A stretch of DNA of 61,642 nucleotides, counting the filler, from Choristocarpus tenellus KU-1152 (Eukaryota; Protista; Phaeophyceae), in assembly GCA_964200185.2 (NCBI GenBank). It is 7 parts of 7 records of this genome, joined end to end, with 100 filler letters (N's around TTAATTAATTAA, not from the genome) between each part and the next. Parts side by side here need not be neighbours in the genome. Positions count along the whole stretch, not along the records: positions 1 to 3,895 come from CAXNAD020017299.1; positions 3,996 to 11,813 come from CAXNAD020005540.1; 5 more parts are not named here. One strand, given 5' to 3'. Of the stretch, positions 1 through 10,200 are shown piece by piece. Both the position numbers and the translations under genes were made by a program. The notes beneath the pieces were generated by a model. That model was not told where the DNA came from. It did not search any database and worked only from the letters and a program-made list of their open reading frames with translations. Positions within the stretch are counted from its first letter, which is position 1, and every line of letters starts with the position of its first letter.

Positions 1-265
1 CGCCTCTCTTCCTCATTCTCCCCCCCCCCCCCTCACCCTCCATCTCCTTACCACGTGTATTACCCTCCACAAATTGTCCCGATCACAATGATCGCATTAC
101 TCTACAAAGTTTAATTGTACAGATTTGATTCTTTCGTCTTGTATTCTCCTTGCCTTCGTCGATTCTACCCTCTAATGCAGGAAGAGTTACCTTTAGAATA
201 GACCACAAGAAGGTTAGTATTTGGCCATGAGACACCTGTATAACACTGTACTTGTGTATTGTCAG

Positions 266-337
266 GCACTTTACTGGTGGAGGTTGGGAACCTCAGTGCA
301 CTCAAAATACTCTCCCTCTACAACAACCAGCTCACCG
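266..337 (+). CDS. Single leucine-rich-repeat exon (72 nt, phase 1-1), internal exon of an LRR protein
   Basis: tgtcag|GCACT...CTCACCG|gtgagt, exactly 72 nt, encodes (G)TLLVEVGNLSALKILSLYNNQLT(G), matching the 24-aa LxxLxLxxNxLxG repeat; one-repeat 72-nt exons are characteristic of brown algal LRR genes. Confidence 0.9.
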
Positions 338-734
338 GTGAGTGTGTTGTTGCTTGATTTACCCCAGTTGGTAGAGAGAATGCTGTATGGGGAATACAAA
401 TTCCTTATAGAATTGTAGTTTAATTCTCTGGTTGGTGTGAACATTCGGAATGATATGTGGTGAGTCTATAAAACGTCACCTCTTAGGAAATACGTGTAAG
501 TTATGTAATATTGTTATTTCAATGGTGAGTTCCACGTACTGACCGTCTCAGGTTAAAGGTGACGTAATATAGGATCTCAAAATATTAGTAGGATTTGCTA
601 CATACAATGTGTTCAATGTTTTCAACTATTGACGTATAACCTCTTGTACCCTCTGTGTTGTCATATTGCCCTTATTGTTGAAAATATTGCTTCCATGCAA
701 AACTTTGGCATTTAAGAGATGTGATCTCAGTAAA

Positions 735-992
735 GAGTGAAAGTAGCTTAGAGGTTATGAGTTTTGCCCTCTTTGTCCGTGTGGGGCTTGGCTTACCGTG
801 GGTTTTTGTGAAATTTTCCTACTCCGAAATGTTTCGGAGGAGGTAAAATGTATACATTATAAAAAGGTGTGTCCGGAACAAGGATATTGACACATACTAA
901 CAAACAAGATAGTCAAAATTACATCAAAATCGCAAACATTGGATGTTGGCCCCCAGACGGACGCTGCTCTACCCTCTATGATATTTTGACTC
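735..992 (+). mobile_element. MITE family A copy 1 (Sola2-like non-autonomous TIR element)
   Basis: GAGTGAAAGTAGCTTAGAGG...CCTCTATGATATTTTGACTC imperfect TIRs, 4-bp TSD TAAA, similar to 8 other copies in the window. Confidence 0.9.
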
Positions 993-1588
993 TAAATATG
1001 AGCAAGGATGAACGGAGTAATTTTGTAATTCCAGTACTGATTTGTCCAAATTGGTGGCCCTGCTCAATATCTTCAGCAAAGAGGAGCACAGGAGGTCCTG
1101 TCGTCATAAAGTATAAAAAATACAATTAAGAAATTGAAAAGGTTTGCTCTTTGTGCTTGGTTTGTGGGATAATATACAAAACAACAAAACATGCCCCACA
1201 GCACCCAGTGCCAATTCTATCCTATCTGTTCTTTCTCACAGTTTGTCTAATTTGGCAAGATTATGGTACACCACATATACTGTATGTATGTACCACATTT
1301 GATTCTCTTCTCTTGTACTCTGCCTATACATAGTCAAGTCAACCTTCTGATAGAGTAAGGGTGTACCTTTAGAATGCACCACATTGTAGAATTTGATGCA
1401 CTATTATTCGGTTGTGAGATTTCATTTGTTCAGATTTTGAACAGTGTACCTCCATGCTTCTGTCTGATAGTAGCATTGTCATCCTTTTTAGTATATATAT
1501 GGTAGTGCCATTTCCTTGTAACACGCCTGCACTGATATTATTCAGCTGTTCACAACCTATTATTCGTTTTCTTGCTTCTTTTCCTAAG

Positions 1589-3004
1589 GAGGGGTGCCGA
1601 AATCTCTACGAAATGGGTCAAAGTATCTGGGGGGGGGGGTGGCGGCTGTCCATTTGGGGCCATTTTTTTCATGTCGCGATTTTTGTGTGATTTGGTTCCA
1701 TACGTTGGATGAATAATGAAAGTGCACCTTTCCTGGTTTTGGCCCAAATGGACACTCTGGTGTAGACCCCCCCCCCCCAGATACTTTGGGTCAAATCGCA
1801 AGCACTACAGCAACTTTGAGCTGGACTTTCCACTGGATGGGGCACCTGTTCCACCATGGAAGTCTTGGCTGTCAGTGGTACCCGCATTGGCTCTCGGATA
1901 CCTGGAGTTTGGGACTGATATCTCTGTGGCTGTGTCATACCTTGAGGATGATCGCTACTGGTGGTTTTTGATGGTGTTGGTGTTGGTGACAAGGCCTGCA
2001 CTTACTGCTGGTCTCTTTTTCCTCCATGTTGAAAACTGGTCCAGGCGCGTGCTTGTGGCCCTGCACCTGGGCTTGGCTTGGGAAGCCTACGTCTCACTTG
2101 ACGGAAAAAAATACTCCCATGTCCTTGTAACACTTCGAGTAGTGGAGCCTCTGTACGAGTCAGTGCCCCAGCTCATGTTACGGCTATATGTATTGCTGAT
2201 GGTCTGGGATGAGACCTCATCAGGTATTTCCTTTGTCCTGTTTGTTTCTATTGTGGTATCTGCTCTATCGCTGGCCTATGCCACTACAGGACTTGTAGCT
2301 GAGCAACCTTTGTATGGACTGAAGGAGAAGCTCCAGAGTGGAGATGCATGTGGTGAAGGAGGTGGGGGTGGGGGTTGGCTCACTAGGATCTTGTTTGGAA
2401 CCGTTCCAGCCTTTGGCAGAGTGAGCCTTGGTGCTATTGATATGCACCCCCAACACTTTGTGTTGGTGTTCTTGTTGTATGAGGTGTTTGAGGTTGTTAG
2501 TCGATTCTTTTCACTTGCTCTCCTTGCATTGGTGCTGCGGGAGTGTTTCTTTGTTTTTTGTTGTATCTTTGGCTCAGTCGTATGCTTATTTTGCACGTAT
2601 CGGGGAAGCTCCATATGCGAAGCCAGCTGAGGCTGGTGGGGATGCCATTCATGGACTCTGTTTCGGAAAGCTCTCGTACATTCATATTTACCCCGTTGAT
2701 CACTCTATTGGAGCTTGTAGTCTGCTGCTTGATCAGCAACTTTGTATCCGATCATGAGGATGTGAATATTCCTGATAAACCACGTCAAATTTTCAGTACT
2801 GTAGGTGTACTCTGCATGGTTGGTAAGCTTTTAAAGGTTTTCTTGTTTGTGGTGCCATTTAAGTCCCTTGTACAAGAGAGTGAGAGTGGACCTACCACAT
2901 TCCTACCTCCACTTGATGGCCCTGTTGTGACTAGAGTACATAATTTCCTTGAGGATGTAGAACCTGCTGCTGATGGTGGGGAGGAGTTTGATGTAAATTT
3001 CTAG
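1589..3004 (+). pseudogene. Terminal exon of LRR gene encoding an XK-related multi-pass membrane domain; disrupted by a MITE insertion and a frameshift
   Basis: Acceptor ttttcctaag|GA in phase 1; removing MITE 1615-1792 plus one AAAT gives GGVPKSLRNRKHYSNFELDF..., in frame with ORF 1716-2630; XK-like motifs (D..DI.VA..Y, LRVVEPLYESVPQLMLRLY, SIVVSALSLAY, FEVVSR..LALLA); frameshift in T-run near 2555 switches to ORF 2543-3004. Confidence 0.75.
1615..1792 (+). mobile_element. MITE family B copy 1 (complete), inserted in coding exon
   Basis: GGGTCAAAGTATCTGGGGG...CCCCCAGATACTTTGGGTC TIRs, 4-bp TSD AAAT. Confidence 0.92.
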
Positions 3005-3875
3005 AATGAGGGGCGGATATATATCGTTGCAGGAGAGTAGTGGGGGTGTTAGGTAGCAAACAGCTTATGAATATTTTGTATGCGGATGGCAGGGTCGAAT
3101 GATGATCCTGGAGTCTGATCAAGCGATCAATTTTTGTCTCCTATTTTGCGAGGGTGTCCATTGACCCGATTCGGAGGATGCCACCCCTTATGATCTCCAA
3201 GATGTCAACTTTTATGGTACGACCACCTTGCCAGGGAGTATGACTGTTCTACTGTGAGGAGGTGCACAAGAGGTATTCATGTCTGAAATTACAGTACTAG
3301 CACAATATACTGTGTTTTTGTGGGGGGTATAAGGGTCAGTGGATATAAAACAATATCTTACTATTGCTTCTTTGTATATTCAGTTTGTTTTTCTTTTACC
3401 TCCCATTTATCATGCCTTCTTTCTGTGAACAGAGTACTAAAAAAGAAGCATGTGTGGAAGTTGTCTGCTTAGTGAGCAGGATGGAAATCTAATATGCATG
3501 GCTTTCCCCCGTGTACTGCGTAGATATTATCCTATGAATATTCACTGAGATCATGAGGTACACGTGTATTTGTTATAGGTGGAATCATAAATATGCTTTC
3601 CAGAGTTTTAAGTTTATATTAAGATCCATGCTCTTACTACAGGAAGTGGCAAGTGTAGGAAGTCATCTACAACTAAATAATGGAGTACCATTTTTTTTTT
3701 CTTGATGTTTGTTATAATGAGGTGACAGTAAGAGTACTAATAACTATTGATTTGTTCCTTTATGAGGGTGTATTGTACTAGTGCAGGAGGAAGTGAAGGC
3801 CTTCTTGTTTGTGGTAACTGTGCCATATTAGAAACTCTGTTGTCGGCATCTGGAAGTATTATTTTGGCATTTAAT

Positions 3876-3895
3876 GGCTCGAAGTATCTGGGGGG
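3876..3895 (+). mobile_element. MITE family B terminus truncated by contig end
   Basis: GGCTCGAAGTATCTGGGGGG followed by N gap. Confidence 0.7.
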
Positions 3896-3995
3896 NNNNN
3901 NNNNNNNNNNNNNNNNNNNNNNNNNNNNNNNNNNNNNNNTTAATTAATTAANNNNNNNNNNNNNNNNNNNNNNNNNNNNNNNNNNNNNNNNNNNN
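3896..3995. other. Artificial contig linker (N44-TTAATTAATTAA-N44)
   Basis: 100-nt block with a six-frame stop 12-mer, same structure at six places. Confidence 0.97.
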
Positions 3996-4016
3996 ATACT
4001 CAGGTGGTACAACTAT

Positions 4017-4197
4017 GGATCATAGGTATTTTGGTGGGGGGTGGCGGCTGTCGATTTGGGGCCATTTTTTTCATGTCGCGATTTTTGGGTGAGTTGGTTC
4101 CATACGTTCAATGGATAATGAAAGTGCACTTTTCCTGGTTTTGGCCCAAATGGACACTCTGGTGTAGACTCCCCCCCCCCCCCAGATACTTTGGGTC
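4017..4197 (+). mobile_element. MITE family B copy
   Basis: Internal sequence nearly identical to 1615-1792; right TIR intact, left TIR degenerate, no clean TSD. Confidence 0.88.
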
Positions 4198-4445
4198 AAA
4201 TACTCCACTTCATGACTGTATATTATTAATGACATGTGCAAGATCTACTCTGAGTTGAGGAGGTGAAGATGTATGGGAGGCATGGTGAATGGGGAAGTAC
4301 TCACAAGTTCAACAGTCGTTATTGTTGGGTGGAACTAATCTTGTTAGGTAATCAATTTAGCGTTTTATGGCATTTCAAAACTGAGTCGTAGCAGAATAGG
4401 TATTTCCATTGGAGGAAAGGGGTTGCAGGGTTGTGAAATGCCTCT

Positions 4446-4725
4446 GAGCCAAAGTATCTTAGAGGGCAGGGCCGCGTCCATTTGGGGGCCAAAATCCAAT
4501 GTTACGATTTGATGTAATTTTGGCTACCGTGCTTGTTAGGAAGTGTCAATATCTATGTTTGGACACACCTTTTCATAACGTATACATTTTACCTTCTCAT
4601 AGGCATTTTGGACAAGGAAAATNNNNNNNNNNGAGTAGGAAAATGTCATAAAAAAACCCCATGGGAAGCCAAGCCCCAAATGGACAAATAGGGCTAAACT
4701 CAGACCCTCTGAGATACTTTCACTC
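4446..4725 (-). mobile_element. MITE family A copy 2 (contains 10-N gap)
   Basis: GAGCCAAAGTATCTTAGAGGG...CCCTCTGAGATACTTTCACTC; flanks share TCT. Confidence 0.88.
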
Positions 4726-4989
4726 TCTCGTGGAGAGCTTGAACTTCTATAACATTTCTTTTTTCTTCCAGAAGAAAATAGGTTACAATAACTTGTTGCT
4801 GAAACGCAGAGGATTCAAAGTTTGAAGTAATGCAGTGTAAAGAAAGCAAATAATTACGGGGTCGTTAGAACAACAGAGAGGAAGCAATATTTGTATGTGC
4901 CCTTGCTGCTCTTTGCCACAGAAAGTCGATTCCTACTTTGTAATACACTGCTATCATACTAAGTACAAACTTCACAGACGAATACTGAC

Positions 4990-6674
4990 CTCAAGGTAGC
5001 CACAACGAACAAGAAACGTCGTCCCAGTTGTCCCCTTAATATTCTCAAAGATGTGCTCGAAGGAATTGGGGATTACACCTCGCAGCTCTGGTGGGTCGTT
5101 GTAACCCTGCATTGTGTGGGTCTTGCCGCATCCAGTCTGACCAAGGCGTTTTTTAGAGTAGGCACAGGACAGACTGGAAATTGGCAAAATGTTATCTCTA
5201 CTTCATTGTCAGGCATGAAATTGCTAATGGTTCAGTGGTTGTGGAGGCTGTACCTTGCATTAATTTCACATGTTCAGACCCCGTCAATGCCACACTCCTT
5301 TACACAAAAGATTGGCCCCAATGATCTAAAGTTGACATGGCAAGAAGCACTACGAAGTACAGACCTGCACTACCTTATCTGCCGCTGTACCACAACAGCA
5401 TGAGTGAAAGAATCTTAAAGGTTACGAGCTTTGCCCTGTTTGTCCGTTTGGGGCTTGGTTTCCCATGGGTTTTTGTGACATTTTCCTACTCCGAAACATT
5501 TCGGAGTAGGTGAAATGTTTACGTTATGAAAAGGTGTGTCTGGAACAGGGATATTGACACTTCCTAATAAACACGATAGCAAAAATTGCATCAAAATCAC
5601 AATATTGGATTTTGGCCCCCAAATGGACACAGCTCTACCCTCTAAGATACTTTGACTCCATCGGACCAAGAACAGGGTGGCAAGGTTTCATTGTCGAGTA
5701 ATACTGAGCCGGTTCCAGCAAAACATTCAGTGGAGGAGGTGGAGTGACGAGCAGTGGGATGGCTGAACCCAGTGTGTGAGAGGCAAGGCATGAATAGAGG
5801 CAGTTTAATTTGTTGTAGTGCAAGAGTCAGTTACAGTACCTAGGATGAGAAATAATGTAGTGTGGAGTGACTCTGACCAAGGGTCGAGATAGTCCCCAGG
5901 TCAAAGTGAAGAAACACTATATAAACAATATGTTATGAATTCGGAATAGGGGGCACAAAGTACTCAGGAATATAACTGTTGTAGAAATCGTACCCACGGA
6001 CTAGAAAATAGTATCCGAACTATTTAGGGAAATTGCACCATTGCTCCTTGAAGGGACACATCGCGTGGGAGAAACTGAAATGCCCGAATATAGCATGGGG
6101 AAGAATACGTCCCAAAACAGTTAGAGCGAGGAGAACTGGGACTCTAGAATGATGGGTTATCTGCTCTCGTTAGAGTAAGTGATTGTTTATCGGGTTTTTT
6201 GGACAAGAAAGAGATAAGAGCTTCTGATATGTCGCTATTGTAATTTTGACCAACCTGCCCATACGCAAAAATGGTACCGTTGTAGCCCTCCATGACTCCC
6301 TCAATGAGGTCATAGCATGACTCTTCATAAAACGTTTTTTGAGCAGTGGTCTCATCATACACAGCATCAAATGTGAAGTGCTTAGGGGCCTGATCTTCCT
6401 TGGCAGGGTTGCTGATATCGACCTGTGTGAACGAGTGTTTGGAGCGAAGGTTGAGGCTATACTCTTGTTCGCGACGGATCACGTACTCGAGTGCGTGGAC
6501 ATCGACTGCCTCGCTTGGTCTATGTATGGAACTTCAAGACAAGATATACATTCTTACCTGGAGAAGCTTTGCGTCTATTCCAACTATATTGGTTCGACCC
6601 TCGCCCTTCTCCTTAGAGTTGAATGGCCTGCATCGAACAACAACCTGGACACATTCTTGCTTCTTGTCACCCAT
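4990..6674 (-). CDS. Kinesin-2 (KIF3/KIF17-like) motor, exons 1-3 only (6558-6674, 6255-6422, 4990-5136); 3' part not found on this contig
   Basis: Spliced GT-AG phase-0 exons give [22 protein letters not shown]...FTFDAVYD...[22 protein letters not shown]...[15 protein letters not shown]...FLVRCGYLE; kinesin P-loop. Confidence 0.93.
5402..5658 (+). mobile_element. MITE family A copy 3, in kinesin intron 2
   Basis: GAGTGAAAGAATCTTAAAGG...CCCTCTAAGATACTTTGACTC; 3-bp duplication CAT. Confidence 0.92.
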
Positions 6675-7274
6675 GATAGCTTCAACTAGTTTCCTCAACC
6701 ACTGTTCCGAACCTCAGCAACTATGTGATTCTGTAAGTCCCAATTCTCAGCTTTGGCCTTCACAGATGATTTCAGTCACTGAACGATGCATTCGACCTTG
6801 CATCATGGCTAAGAGTCGAACTTAAATGACCCACCCTGACCTTAAATTCGTAAATACAACACAGTAGTGGCGTTGGTCGCTAGATAGTTTGTCTATCCAA
6901 CACGTAAGGTGGAAATATCTGGGATGAAATATTGACCAATTTCATAGGCGAGACCAGCGAGGCTTGATGCCGACTTCTCGAAATCCTGGTCTGTGATGCA
7001 CGTTCCTTGCGCTGGAACTCATTACGTTCGAAACCGTCTGGAACTGTTGCAGTTTGAACCGATACAAAAACGCCTCTCAGAACAGCCTCAATTTAAGAAG
7101 TCATGCCGCATTTTTTGAAGGGAAATGTCTCTCACTACTGCATAGGTTTGACCATAGTGTGGCTGTACCGATGTATTGACTCTGTGCCTTCGGATCAGGC
7201 CCTGTGTTACCTTACTATCGAAAGGACGGGGAACGCACCATCGCCTGTCTCCCCTTTCGGGGATTGAGCCCATT

Positions 7275-10200
7275 ATGTCGGGCCGGAGGCAGCGTATTGA
7301 GACCGGTGTCACTAATGGTATTGAGAAGCGCCCAGGCACAGCGTCAGCACAGCTTACTGCGAGGTTAAGCGCCAGGTACAAATGAGGGACCAGGATAATA
7401 AATCAACTCGTTGTGCTGAGGAAACACGTTCAAGTGTGCAACAATTTGCTGTTGGTAACTTTTGTGTGAAAGCTCAACACGAATCAAGATTCTCACTGTC
7501 CAGTTGACCACAGCCTCCTCGACGTCGATGTGTCATCTATAGGAACGGGGCATTATTGGGAAGCACATCGGTGCCACTGATGGAAACGAAGTGCTCTCCA
7601 GCGAAGTCTAGGAATCAGTTGGAGAATCAGGTGCCCGGAAAGGCTTCCTTCTGTTCTCGAGCAATATCCTCATACACAGTAACCGCTTTGTTCCCTCTGT
7701 TACGAAGGGAAGCACAAACTATCACTCTTGAGTGCATAGATGCGAGAGAGAAATAGACATGAACTGGTACAAATCGTGAAGAACATAGAGAAGTCCCTAA
7801 ACCTCCAGGCCTGTGCAGCGCCAAAAAACTATGGCTAGGAAGCCCTGGCCACGGAAGGGCTCCTGTTTTGAGATAGCATCTGGAGAGACAGGTCCACTCT
7901 CCCTCAAACTCGGACAACGACTTGCTAACAACCGTATCGATTCAATTCTCCAAGTCTGATGTTGACTGGACCCGTTGCTTTCAAGAAACGTTCCCAAAAC
8001 AAACGAGTGGACCCCTCTAGACCATGGTAGAACGCCACACGATATAGGGGTCCACCAGAGTAGCTCTTGCGTGAAGGCCTATCGTACGTGTTATATACAG
8101 GCCAAGATGTCCAGAAGAGTTTTCTACAACAGTATAGTGCCTATTATACTATGCTGGAAAGGACAAGAATCCCATTGCATGTAACTTAAGCAGGTTGTCA
8201 ATGCCTGAACTACTTGTTTTCACACACTGTCACACGAGAGAACCTAAAAAGTCACAAGTGAGCCTGGTATACCCAATCCCACATTCTCCACGTCAGATGA
8301 GTGATAATCCGCTTCCTGTCCTTCGCGGGGTGACCACAGCTCGGCCTGGCACCTGTCCAGGGGTGATGCGAACTTCCTTTTCCTCTGCCGTCTGTACTCC
8401 CATTCTCAACTCCACTTTTCAAAAGACGCCTCAAAGGTGAATACCCATGGTCAAAGATGAAACAATATATAGACTCATGCCACCCAGCATCTCGGTATTG
8501 CTGGGGCTATAGTTACTGAAAGGAAGGATTCTGTAATAACTAATTACAGAACACATATAATAATTGAACGAAATAACCTTTGTTCAGTGAGGATAATGGT
8601 GATAGTGATAATTTCTAGGTTTAACGAGAAGCAAAGTTTAGGCACAAGGGTGGTATGGTAGTGGGTCAAAGTGTTCAACTTATTCTGGACTGCTATGTAT
8701 GTCCTCAGCACACATTGACTGGTGATTAACTGCTGTTGGTTTATCATCCCAGCATATATAGAGATAGATTCCATGTATCTGCAGCACTCAAGACCTGATT
8801 GCTCAGCCACAACGGCAATTCATATCCCGTTTACCATAACCCTTAAGTTATGTTTGCCCTTCTCTTCAAGGCTTCAAAGAACTAAAGGAGGTCAGATTGT
8901 CAACTTTCGTTATCATGATTGGGCATAGTATATGGTACAGCATGTGCTGTTGTTATGAGATGGTCCACAACCCACGAGTCATTCATTAAGAGCCCCCCTG
9001 TAGGTAACCAAGGTCACCGTGTGGAGAAAATACATGTTTATTTCTCATTCAAATAAATACACCTAAATACCTCAAGTCAATGGACTGATACCCACATTCT
9101 AGAGTTAGAGTTGGCATGCCTTATGATGAGCTCTAAAGTATGCAAAACTACTTTGAGCCTCTTCACATCAAGAACTATTTTGTGTCATGCCATGTCAGTT
9201 TTTTCGTTGGTCTTTACTGTCCAGGTCACACCAAGTTCTCTAGTCACTAAGCTATCGCCCCCTTTATCACCCTAATGTCCATTATTCCATTCCCACATTT
9301 TATTGCCCGTTGTATATAGTACTTGTGCAGACACTTGGGATATTGTCCCTGTTTTCTCAAGGCTTACTATTGCCCCAATCTCCTTTTTGTTCAGATCTGG
9401 AATCTCACTGTGGGAGCAACCCATATCTACATTTGTATATTTCTAGCGTCTATCTTGCCCTCTGCCTGCTTATCTTGATCTTTGAGTTCACAAAGCAGAA
9501 TGACCTCTGGAATATTAGCGCAAGGGAGTGAGCCAAAGTAAACGAGTTGTACCCATGTTTTGGTTGCTTTGCATTTTATGCCGGTTTTTCGATATATTTT
9601 GCAATATATCCATATTTCTATGGATGAAGTGCTAAGTTTGACTTGAGAGCGTTGATTTCTCTATTGCTATTGTTTGTGACTCGTTTAAAAAAACAAAAAA
9701 CATCCTATACTTATTTGTAAGAAAAGCCCAATTTTGCATGTATTTGACAGTATCGTTAAAATGCAACTCTGGGTATCTCTTGCTTGCTTTAACTCAGTAG
9801 CAGGGGTCGAGTCCTTACCCCAAAAAATGGAAAGAGGCCATTCAAGGGTGGGAAGATGATGTGGGATACAATGGAATGTGGACCTTCCAGTACAAGTCCT
9901 ACTCCTGGTATTCCTCTGGGCCTCAACAAGCTCTGCAATGGCGACCTAGAGGCATGTTAGTGAAGTGAACAAGCGACTTTCATCCCCAAGTCCCCCCCCT
10001 GGATAAATGCTGCTTTTTTTTTTAGATACTCTAAATCTAAGCGTGTGACCTAAGTTATGTTTGACATTCTGATTGTGCTTTATTCTGGACAAATATAGTT
10101 CTATGAACTGAGGCTTTCTTGGTTATTTCTACCAGGTGTATTACTCTTAGCAGCACCCACCTCAGTTTGACCCCCTGTTCTGTTGGAGGTTCTTGGAACG

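Noticed and set aside
869-1129. Recurrent short ORFs with SYPLRYF or PQMD-type motifs (also at 5415, 10723, 48021, 53241, 57490, 58363)
   Set aside because: Translations of MITE family A copies, not a protein family
1716-1792. ATG and N-terminus MKVHLSWFWPKW... of the 304-aa ORF
   Set aside because: Lies inside the MITE; the same peptide recurs in ORF 4004-4258; the real exon starts at 1589
3940-3951. Repeated TTAATTAATTAA motif
   Set aside because: Artificial six-frame stop linker embedded in N runs
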